Assembly (NCBI GenBank): GCA_002269645.1
Contig: NIVC01001039.1
Coordinates: 62,001-126,000, forward strand
From: Macrostomum lignano
Taxonomy: Eukaryota
DNA: 64,000 nt
Reading direction: 5' to 3'
Part shown: one piece after another, positions 34,444 to 46,400 of the stretch
Position numbering within the stretch: the first letter of the stretch is position 1
Layout of the letters: the number at the start of each line of letters is the position of its first letter
The notes under the pieces: model-generated
Database searches by the model: none
What the model was told of the DNA's origin: nothing
The model's input: the letters and a program-made list of their open reading frames with translations, nothing else
Translations under genes and position numbers: made by a program

Positions 34444-37400
34444 ATGGGCCGCAAGAAGAGCGACAAGTCGGCCCGAAGTGAAGAACAGGAGGACAAGGTG
34501 AACGGTGAGTTGCAGAAAGTGAGTTCTTTAATACCAGTCCTGAAGCTATAAAATCAAAAGCTGCAACTCATTCACCCATCATTCAGAGTCCTACCAGCCA
34601 ACTGGAAACTTCCAGTCAGACTTCGTTGAGCTGTGCAAAGAAATGAAAATGTACCGGCCGCCACCCGTGTTCTTGCGACCCAAGAGGCCTTCTTCGCCTA
34701 TTCAGGTTAGCAGTGTTGAAGTTTTGCTGGCTGAACTGATGCCCGTCTGAGTGTACACGACTGACGATAAGGAAGTCAAGACCTCTGTACACCATGTACA
34801 CCATGCGTACAGTATTGGCGCTTGCATGTGCTCAGGAGCCAGCGGAATTGGCAGAATTGCCTCAGCGCTGGTTGTGGGGTGATGTCGCGATGCTGTACAC
34901 GAAATACTCGATTTGTGTTATTGTGTTTCCCTTAACTTGGCTCTAAATAGACAAGAATGTCTCAAGAACAACTCAAGCAGAATGAAGGACGGGAATTGCC
35001 ATAACAAATTTTGTGCTGAAAAATGAGAACCTCCTATCTCCGTAATGTATTTTTTGGTAAAACCTGCAACCTATAATTTTCCAAGAAACGTAGTGTCTCG
35101 TCCTTCTACTTGAGTGGTCCTTGGGATGTCTATGGCCAAACCAGTAGCTACTTTCTACCGTACACAGGGCGCATTACGACGTAAAAATATACGAGTATAT
35201 ACAAGGCGAAGCCGGAGCCAATAAGCGTGGCCTAAGCCGGTTGCGGCCATAGAAAAGTGTAAAGCAACTGAGACCCGAAAAGGGCCGTTTTATGAAAGTG
35301 AAATTTATTTAGTTACATGCAGTTTCGCTTGAAATGTTGTTTCAGAACGAGCAGCAAACTCAGGCGCCAACCAACCGGAAGGCCAAGGAGGACAAGAAGG
35401 CCTCCATGGCCCAGCAAATGTTTGAACCGGAAGAGGAGACGCCGGAAGAAAAGGGTGAGCAAAATACTACTTGTTATTGAGTTTGCGAGATCAAGGACAC
35501 AATTTGAACCCATAATGGGCCTCGGTTTATGAGAGACACCGGAGTCCCACCTGTTGTAGGGGGTATCCCACCTGTTTGAGTCTCACCTGTTTCAGGGGAA
35601 TCCCACCTGTTTAAGTCCCACCTGTCGGAGGGGACAGCCACATGTTGCAGAGATCCTGGAGTAACATTGCATGCAATTTAAATTAAGCTAATTGAGTTCT
35701 CATTGGTTCCGCCTCCCCGTGCTCAAGACCCTGACGTGCTGGAAGAATGCAGCAGCCACCAGGCTGTTGACGATGCAGGTAAACAGAGACAACTTTATTG
35801 GACATCCACGAGCAAGATGAGGGAGCATTACAGGCCTGCTTCCAGTAGTTTTTTATTCATAGCCAATGCAAGCCAAAGATTTAAAGTGAAATCTTCTTTA
35901 CCCACAGATACTAAAACTAGATGGGCCACTTAGGCATAAGTGCATAGTAGTAAAACAACTTTCTACTTCCAGTTCAGTAGAAAACAGGAATATATAAGCT
36001 GTTTTATAAAAAATAAAGCAAGCCACGCTTGTAGACGTAAACAAATATCTAATTGGTTCAGCCGTAATGTACATTAGCCAGCGCGCCACTGAAATGTAAA
36101 TAAATGTACACGCGACTATAAAACCGAGGAAGGCAATAAAAATTGAGTGGGGTAGAAGAGGTCTTGTTGAAGGGTTCGGCTAGGGTGAGGGGCCAATAAA
36201 CGGGTCTTGCCTAAAATACATTAAAATGCTTCTACGAGAAATAAACTTACTACTGAACGGAAGTAGCTTACACGCCAATTGCTTGTAGGATGAGTGGCTC
36301 ATCTAGATATTACAGTATCTGTTGTTTTTGCCTTCACCGCGAATCAGTCACTAAAATGTATATTCACGTCACCGAAATCATTCTCACAAATAATCGAGTA
36401 TGGCAGCATGTATCCAAGCGTAACACTTACTGACATGAAGTTTTCAACAGATTTTTTACAATTCACTACTGACGCATACTACTTATAGCTCGTAGTCACC
36501 AAAGCCTGCAGACTTCGAGAGTGAATTTTGGAATGCATCGAATTTTTACTCAAACCCAAGTTTTCTCGAATTCCTTGACTAGCATTTGTAAAATAATTTT
36601 CATCATTGTAGCGACCATTAAATAAAGTTAAAACCCCAACCATTCTACTGAAGAGTAGCACATTTTGAATACGGCCTACATACCGAAATTTTCCTTGCCT
36701 AACAGCCGTTATCGAGCAGCTGGGCTTCAAGCCGAAGACGTTCACAGTGAAGTACTACTTGGACTTGATGAAGCCCTGCGTCCACATCGACTTGGAGAAT
36801 CCGGACAAGCCGGACACCGTGTCCGAGGTGCACGCCAAAAACTGGAAGCTGGAGTTGCCCATGCTTAAAACTCTCGGCCGCTGTTTTGAGAAGCTGAATC
36901 GGCTGCACACCATTGTGTGAGATTTCTGTAGCTCTGGTGCCACTCTGCAGGGGTCTGACCTGTGCCACTCTGCAGGGGTCTGACCTGTGCCACTCTGCAG
37001 GGGTCTGACCTGTGCCACTCTGCAGGGGTCTGACCTGTGCCACTCTGCAGGGGTCTGACCTGTGCCACTCTGCAGGGGTCTGACCTGTGCCACTCTGCAG
37101 GGGTCTGACCTGTGCCACTCTGCAGGGGTCTGACCTGTGCCACTCTGCAGGGGTCTGACCTGTGCCACTCTGGTCTGACCTGTGCCACTCTGCAGGGGTC
37201 TGACCTGTGCCACTCTGGTCTGACCTGTGCCACTCTGCAGGGGTCTGACCTGTGCCACTCTGGTCTGACCTGTGCCACTCTGCAGGGGTCTGACCTGTGC
37301 CACTCTGCAGGGGTCTGACCTGTGCCACTCTGCAGGGGTCTGACCTGTGCCACTCTGCCACTCCACAGGGGTCTGACCTGTACCATTCCTCAGGGGTCTG

Positions 37401-40400
37401 ACCTGTGCCATTCCTCAGGGGTCTGACCTGTGCCACTTCAGCAGACTCAGGGAACTTCATCTCATCAACTAATTTGATTTTGCAGATTCTGGCGAGTGGC
37501 CGCCAGCGCTGAAGTCATCGCCGAGTTGGCGGAGCTGCTCCGCCAGCTGGACTCTGTGCGCTGTCTGTCGCTCGAAGCAAATGGTCACGTGACTGACGAG
37601 AACTATGCCGACCTGATTCGGGTGGACAGCAAGTGAGTGCAGGAGCTCGGCTTTTCTGATTGCAGGTTTAGGATTTCTGATTGCATATTTGGGATTTCTG
37701 ATTGCATATTTGGGATTTCTGATTGCATATTTGAAATTTCTAATTGCATATTTGAGATTTCTGATTTGCATATTTGAGATTTCTGATTGCAGATTTAGGA
37801 TTTCTGATTGCAGATTTGGGATTTCTGATTGCATATTTGGGATCTGATTGCAGATTTGGGATCTGATTGCAGATTTGGGATTTCTGATAGCAGATTTGGG
37901 ATTTCTGATTGCATATTTGGGATCTGATTGCAGATTTGGGAACTGATTGCAGATTTGGGATCTGATTGCAGATTTGGGATTTCTGATGGAAGATTTGGGA
38001 TTTCTGATGGAAGATTTGGGATCTGATTGCAGATTTGGTATTTCTAATTGCAGATTTGGGATTTCTGATTGCATATTTGGGATTTCTGATTGCATATTTG
38101 GGATCTGATTACAGATTTGGGATTTCTGATGGAAGATTTGGGATCTGATTGCAGATTTGGGATTTCTGATGGAAGATTTGGGATTTCTGATGGAAGATTT
38201 GGGATCTGATTGCAGATTTGGGATTTCTAATTGCAGATTTAGGATTTCTGATTGCATATTTGGGATTTTTGATTGCATATTTGGGATCTGATTACAGATT
38301 TGGGATTTCTGATGGAAGATTTGGGATCTGATTGCAGATTTGGGATTTCTGATGGAAGATTTGGGATTTCTTATTGCAGATTTGGGATTTCTGTTTGCAG
38401 ATTTGCAATCATTGCAACCCTCCCTGTGATCATTGCAACCCTCCCTGTGATCATTGCAAACCTCCCTGTGATCATTGCAAACCTCCCTGTGATCATTGCA
38501 AACCTCCCTGTGATCATTGCAAACCTCCCTGTGATCATTGCAAACCTCCCTGTGATCATTGCAAACCTCCCTGTGATCATTGCAAACCTCCCTGTGATCA
38601 TTGCAACCCTCCCTGTGATCATTGCAAATCTCCCTGTGATCATTGCAAACCTCCCTGTGATCATTGCAACCCTTCTGCTAACAGCTAACAAGTTTATGAT
38701 TTATAGCTCCTATACTTGAACATACAATGCTGATGATCGTTTTGATATACGAGAATTTTCTATAGCAATGCATCTCCATCCTCGTCCAGCCTCACCAAGC
38801 TGCAGCTCCGCTTCAACCAGATCACGGATGCTGGTGCAGCGAGAATTAGCGAGCAGCTCAGCGGACTGCGCGACCCGCCATCGAAGCTGGTGTCGCTGGA
38901 CCTGTCCTCCAACTGCGTGCAGGACGGCGGGGCCACGGCTCTGGCTCAGGTCTGCAGCTTTGCAACCCTTTTGAGATCATTTGCAACCCTCTATGAGATC
39001 ATTGCAACCCTTCTGGGATCATTGCAGCCCTCCCTGTGATCAGTACAACCCTCCCTGTGAACAGTAAAACCCAGCTCCCTGTGATCATTACAACCCTCCC
39101 TGTGAACAGTACAACCCTCCCTGTGAACAGTACAACCCTCCCTGTGATCAGTAAAACCCTCCCTGTGATCAGTAAAACCCTCCCTGTGATCAGTAAAACC
39201 CTCCCTGTGATCAGTACAACCCTCCCTGTGAACAGTACAACCCTCCCTGTGATCAGTAAAACCCTCCCTGTGATCAGTACAACCCTCCCTGTGATCAGTA
39301 AAACCCTCCCTGTGATCAGTACAACCCTCCCTGTGATCAGTAAAACCCTCCCTGTGATCAGTAAAACCCTCCCTGTGATCAGTAAAACCCTCCCTGTGAT
39401 CAGTACAACCCTCCCTGTGATCAGTAAAACCCTCCCTGTGATCAGTACAACCCTCCCTGTGATCAGTACAACCCTCCCTGTGAACAGTACAACCCTCCCT
39501 GTGAACAGTACAACCCTCCCTGTGAACAGTAAAACCCTCCCTGTGACCAGTACAACCCTCCCTGTGATCAGTACAACCCTCCCTGTGAACAGTACAACCC
39601 TCCCTGTGATCAGTAAAACCCTCCCTGTGACCAGTACAGTAAAACCCTCCCTGTGATCAGTAAAACCCTCCCTGTGATCAGTAAAACCCTCCCTGTGATC
39701 AGTAAAACCCTCCCTGTGATCAGTACAACCCTCCCTGTGAACAGTACAACCCTCCCTGTGATCAGTAAAACCCTCCCTGTGATCAGTACAACCCTCCCTG
39801 TGATCAGTAAAACCCTCCCTGTGATCAGTACAACCCTCCCTGTGATCAGTAAAACCCTCCCTGTGATCAGTAAAACCCTCCCTGTGATCAGTAAAACCCT
39901 CCCTGTGATCAGTACAACCCTCCCTGTGATCAGTAAAACCCTCCCTGTGATCAGTACAACCCTCCCTGTGATCAGTACAACCCTCCCTGTGAACAGTACA
40001 ACCCTCCCTGTGAACAGTACAACCCTCCCTGTGAACAGTAAAACCCTCCCTGTGACCAGTACAACCCTCCCTGTGATCAGTACAACCCTCCCTGTGAACA
40101 GTACAACCCTCCCTGTGATCAGTAAAACCCTCCCTGTGACCAGTACAACCCTTTTTAAACAGTAAAACCCTCCCTGTGATCAGTAAAACCCTCCCTGTGA
40201 TCAGCACAACCCTCCCTGTGATCAGCACAACCCTCCCTGTGATCAGCACAACCCTCCCTGTGATCAGTACAACCCTCCCTGTGAACACTACAACCCTCCC
40301 TGTGATCAGTACAACCCTCCCTGTGAACAGTACAACCCTCCCTGTGATCAGTACAACCCTCCCTGTGATCAGTACAACCCTCCCTGTGATCAGTACAACC

Positions 40401-43400
40401 CTCCCTGTGAACAGTACAACCCTCCCTGTGATCAGTACAACCCTCCCTTATGATCATTGGACTCCCATTCAGCCACTGAAATCTCATTTTACAGAGCTAC
40501 GTAAAAGCATTTCCTGGCTGCCCAATGCTTGCATGCAAAGCCAATACAAACAATGGCATCCCTCTTGACAGGCTCTGCGCACCAACCGCACCCTGATCCA
40601 CCTGTCGCTGAGCAACAATCGCGTGTCAGACCGGGGCGCCACCGCCCTCGCCGAGTCCTGCTCCAGGTTCTACCTGACGCACGAGGAGACTGTCGAACGC
40701 CGCAGGCTTCTGTCAACCGCAGCGGAGAGACGCACAGGACTCAGCGTGAGTGACTTGAGCAGCGGTGACGCGAGCCAGTTCACCGCTTCGCATGCCACCC
40801 TGCTCACTCAGTCAGTTTTCTCTGGAAGCACCGCCACCCGATTAGTGAGTTATTTGAGCCGTGCCAATATCGCTGCGAGTTCGATCGCTGCAAAGCAGAC
40901 TTTAACGACGCAACTCTCCCCCTCACTCACACTCGAAAATTTGTTAAAACGCATCGTTTTAAGTCGGCCGAGGTGAGGCTGTCGAACCAGAGGCGCCAGT
41001 TCAGTGTTCTATGTGTATTTTATGTCTCCTTATGTACATGTACATTGTAAACTGCTATTCTAAACTTGAGTTCTAACTGGCTAAACTGAACTCTTCACTT
41101 TTTTATCTTCTCCACGATTCGAACAATATCTGCATTTTCACTGTTTTCTTATTTACGGTTAACCATCCGGTTGGTTTTATGGCCTTCATAAACACAACTC
41201 CAGGGTCCAATAAGCTGCCCTCGTCCAGGACTAATAAGCTACCCTCTCCAGGGTCCAATAATTATCTACCCTGATCCAGGGTCCAATAAGCTACTCTCAT
41301 CCAGGGTCCAATAAGCTACCCTCATCCAGGATCCAATAAGCTACCCTCATCCAGGGTTCAATAAGTTACCCTTATCCAGGGTCCAATAGGCTACCCTCAT
41401 CCGGGGTCCAATAAGCTACTCTTATCCAGGATCCAATAAGCTACTCTTATCCAGGGTCCAATAAGCTACTCTCATCCAGGGTCCAATAAGCTACTCTTAT
41501 CCAGAGTCCAATAAGCTGCCCTCATCCAGGGTCCAATAGGCTACCTTCATCCAGGGTCCAATAAGCTACTCTTATCCAGGGTCCAATAAGCTACTCATCC
41601 AGGGTCCAATAAGCTGCCCTCATCCAGGGTCCAATAAGCTACCCCCATCCAGGGTCCAATAAGCTACTCTTATCCAGGGTCCAATAAGCTGCCCTCATCC
41701 AGAGTCCAATAAGCTACCCTGATCCAGGGTCCAATAAGCTACTCTCATCCAGAGTCCAATAAGCTACCCTCATCCAGGGTCCAATAAGCTACCCCCATCC
41801 AGGGTCCTATAAGCTACCCTCATCCAGGGTACAATAAGTTACTCTTATCCAGGATCCAATAAGCTACTCTTATCCGGGGTCCAATAAGCTACCCTCATCC
41901 AGGGTCCAATAAGCTACCCTCATCCAGGGTCCAATAAGCGACCCTAATCCAGGGTCCGAAAAGCCGGCATTATCCAGGATCCAATAAGCTACGAAGTACC
42001 CTCCCTCATCCAGGGTTCAATAAGCTACCCTCATCCAGGGTCCAATAATTAAGCTACCCTCTTCCAAAGACAAAAAGTGCTCAGACGCTCCCGTCCTCCA
42101 GGGTTCCAATCATGGACCGCAAGAGCTAGCAGAGGTTGAGTTAAAAAACATTTACACGAGTATAACCGAATTTTAATTTTGGCACACGTTATTTGTTCGA
42201 TTTTCTATGCCTGCAACAGCTAACAATTAGCAATTGTCTGTTTCAATTTCTATTTTAATCTCTTTACAGGTACATGAAGTGATTGATTTTTCTTAAATTT
42301 CTTGCAGCCAGAAAGCTGTCAGAGTCGGCCCTCGTCATCAGCAGTGACGGTCAGTAGCGCAACCAGAAATTTTTCAAGGGGGGGGGCGGATTCTGAGGGT
42401 AAAGTCACGGGAGGGGGGGCGGCGGAGGGGTGGCTCTGTTTTTGGCGAAAATTCGCTTGGTCCCCCTTTGATTTTTTTTCGGTCCCCCGCCTAAGGGGGG
42501 GCGACCGCCCCCCCCCCCCGCCCCCCCCTGGTTGCGCCACTGGTGACGGTAGCTATAATTTAGTACAATATAATAACATGACAGTGGCGCCCTGTTTTGT
42601 TGCTTAACTATCTGCTTGAGGAACTATAGACATAATTCATTTTTAAGTTGCAATACAGTTTCTGTTGCATTTTAATTGCTATAAATGCTAATTGATAAAT
42701 AATTATTTGTTTTTAACACACTTGCTAATATGCATTTGCGATGAAAATAAGCCTAATTTGTTTTGTATTTAATTTTAGTTTGAAACTATAAAAAAGTAGA
42801 GTAAACAATTCAGTTAGCAACTATAATAGCGCAGCAAAGAAGAGTACATAAGCATTTTATAAAAATAAAGCCAGCTAAAATGACTTCGATAAGTTTAGAA
42901 GCCCAAGCTTGCAGGCGTAAACAATTTGCTAATTGGTTCAGCAATAATGTACATTAGCCAGTCCACTGAAATGTACATGGCAGCTTTGGGCTGGAATTCC
43001 GAGAAAGGCAATAAAAATTGGTGCGGAGCGGGTCGGCGGCGGGGGGGGGGGTAGTGTGGAAAGGCGCGGTTGGAGTGTTTAAGCGGGAGCACGAGAATTT
43101 CCTACAGGATGTTTTTCCGCCTAGGTTTCCCCCGCGAGATTTTCCCGCAGCGAGGAAAACCTCAGCGGGAAAACTTCTTGCTGGAAAATGTCATAGACCC
43201 GTTTAAGCTTGGGGGTAAGAGCCAATGAGCCTCGGCCTTTTGCCTTCTTAATTGCTCTTGCAGACTAAAACTTTACATCTGTTTGTGAACATAATTCTTT
43301 TAATTTGAGAGTAATTACGAGATTAATGAGAAAACAAATTACTTTAACAAAAGTTCATTGCGTCCTGGATTTGCAGAGGCGACAAGTGAAGTTCACTTTG

Positions 43401-46400
43401 AACTTTTCTTCGGAGTTGCCCTCCGAGAATGAGGCCTTGGTAACGAGAGGAAAATTAGAAACAAAAAATCCCTTAAAATTTCACTTTTGATTTACTTATT
43501 GAAAAACAAGACTAAACAAATGCATGACGCAAGTACTCTTTGTTATTCTGCATTGTTTGACAGGGCTAAACGATATTTATTTTTGCGCAGCGATTTAAAG
43601 CTATCACTAAGCTTAATTATAAGCTAACTGCATGAGCTTGCTGGAATCTAGTAGTCCATTCATTAAAAATCCATGGCCCGTCCTTTCGCCTCTCGAGCAG
43701 CCCCCGCCCAGTCGCCGCGGCGCCGCCGACCGGCCAGTCAGTGTCCGGTCCGGCCAGGAGAAGCTCGGACGGACAGGCGGCACCGGCAAAACGCCTGGAA
43801 AAGGAAAGAAGGTACGCGTGATGTTAGGCACATGTTAGTGAGCTCTTTTATTATTATATTACTTGCCCTTCTAGATTTTTGTAATCAGAGTTCCTGACAC
43901 GTACTTCAAGTACAATGCTGAGAGTACTTGATGTACTTTCGTTTAGATGTGAACCGTGTCCCTGTCTCAGATTATCATCTCACTACCATGTTTATAATCT
44001 CTCTCCCTCCCATCTCGATCTTCCTCCCACCTCAGTCTCATTTCCATCCCATCTCGATCTCACCTACATCCCATTTCTCTCGATCTCATCTACTATCCAT
44101 CTCGATCTCATCTCAGTCACATCTACCTTTCATCTCTGTCTCATCTCCCCTACTCTACCTTAATTGCAGGACGACAAAGCAAAGCCAGAAGAGAAGGCCA
44201 AGAACAAAGCTCAAAAAGAAGATTCTAAAGCCAAAGGAAAAGGTGAAAAGTTATTCTGAGATGTCGTCATTAATTTAATTCATTATTTTAGCTGTAGTAA
44301 CGTAGAATATTTATTCTTTATCTTCCCAATTTCTCGCACAATTTCCTTATCCTTTACTGTAAGTAGCGTAGTCAATAAAATTTAATCGCTACTAATTTTT
44401 AACTTGTGCAACTTTTAAATGTTTCTACTGCTTGTAAAGTTGAAATGGAAAAGGTTTGTTATAATTGCGCATTAAATCAGCCCCGAAATTTTTCGACCTC
44501 ATTGGCTAATTTCTCCTAATTAAAGAAGACAGAACAGCTTTCCAATTTTACATGTGCACGTATACACCGAATCCGCAGGTGCTCAAGCCTCGGAGAAGGA
44601 TTCGAAAAGTTCAGCAGCCACTCTGAAGTCCGGCAAAGGAAAGGGCGGCAACAACAGCAGCAGCAGCGGTGGCGGCCGCGTGAAAGTCTCAACGCCCCTG
44701 CAGCTGGACCAGGAGGTGAGCGGCTGATCTGTTTCTACTACTGAACTGTCTGTTCAGTAGCAAGTTAAGAAAATAGTTGCTATAAATATCAGTTTGCTAT
44801 AAAAGTTTCAAGAGACGACGTCCAAGTATGGGGCTGGATAGCTCAGCGGTTAGTAGTGCGATTTAGTACCTGAGTTCGATTCCCTGTGCAGCCACTTTGA
44901 TTTGGGGCTTGTGCACAAAAATTTACTTGCTGGGCGCTTGTAGAGCGAGCGATTTTGGCTCCGGCCCACGACAGTCAACATCGGGAAGTCTGGAAGTTCA
45001 AGAGAGAAAAGACGCATTTTCGACAGATGGGTCAAAAGTACCAGAGACTTTTTTAGGATCCAGGATCTTTATTGAACGCAATGCAAGTTTAAAATTTGTT
45101 CTGTTCGCCGCAATTCCAACAGGAGTCGCAGCCGCCCGACTCTGACCATCCACTGCTCGAGCGAGTGGACACGGCCTACGCGCCTGGATACCTGCTAGTC
45201 CCTGGCAACCACGTGCTGGCACTGCTCAATCTATCGAGTGCGTCCACTTTAATCCAGATGCACTTTTGTACTGGGCGATGCTTTAAGCGTCCTCATGGAC
45301 AGCTTGAAGTAGGGGGATAAGCTACACTTGATTTTCTTAGAACCGAGCTGAAGGTCGCTAATTAAGGATCGTCTATGGACTTAATTCAGCGCTATGCGAT
45401 CTCTAGTATAGCTTTTTGCGGCCCATTTGGGCCTACGCGCATTTATTTTAATCCAAGATACGTTTGCCAATGTAACGGAGCTTTTGTCTATGGTAGCAAG
45501 GCTGGCACAGCGGCATTTAATTTGGTCCAACAAGCATCAATTTGGTCCATACATAGCGCATTTGCAACTGCTGAGAATTGTGGACCATATATGCTAGGCT
45601 GTTGAACAAATGCCATTGGCTTGTGATCGAAGCACTCGACAGAGTACTTCGCACCCAAAGTACATTGCAAGGTTGCTGAATGTAAAAGAAAATATGGTAT
45701 GCAGCATCCATCAGTGCGTTGAAACTCTGCCGGCAGAGATTGCCTGCGAAAGGATGACTATCGCCAAGGCAAGTTGTGAGAGCCTCAGGTCCAGCTGCTA
45801 CTCAATGCAGTTGAGACGAAGCCTTTGTTGATATTGCAGAACATGCAGCAGAAGATGAAGGAACAGTTGCAGTTGGTTATCAGATTTTGACTATTACCAG
45901 AGCTCTGGAAAAGCGACTGAAAATTGTTGGTATAGAGACGCTGACATTCCAGCAGTACGCAACAACCTGCAGACGGTTGCGAGAAGGCAAGAATTTCCCG
46001 AATGGCTCACGAGTGTTTGGACCAAATTGATGCTTGTTGGACCAAATTAGATGTCAACTGGTCCTGTCAACTGGTTAATTGGCCTCGTTTCGAGTTCTCA
46101 GGCTTCGTTTTAGTGAGGCTTGGCCATAGACGCTTATGTGATGGGGCTTCCGACATCTGTAGATTAAGTATACAATGATCTATACCAATAATCTTTGCCT
46201 GTTCTTTTGGTGTCTATGGCAAAAAACTTTGGACGCGTTTATCTAAGGCTTGAGAACCGCGTCCTCATCCTTTCTCTGCCATTTGCCTTCTGCCATAAAG
46301 GTTATATACTTCTTTAAACGTTCTATATTGGCTTCCAGCTCTCATTTCTAAGAAAATCGAGTGTAAGACAATAAGTATAAAACTATTAACGCTTCAAATG

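Noticed and set aside
36699-40568. Long periodic ORFs (e.g. 429 aa, 269 aa, 253 aa) in LRRC71 introns, and similar ORFs at 5.1-5.7, 14.7-16.9, 26.9-27.8, 56.3-56.7 and 59.2-59.5 kb
   Set aside because: Minisatellites lacking stops in some frames; they lie inside introns or arrays.
43232-43243. U2 snRNA-like ctcggccttttg
   Set aside because: Only 12 nt match; the flanks do not continue the U2 sequence.
44832-44894. Functional tRNA gene
   Set aside because: About 10 nt too short, no anticodon arm and a mismatched T-stem; treated as a SINE head.
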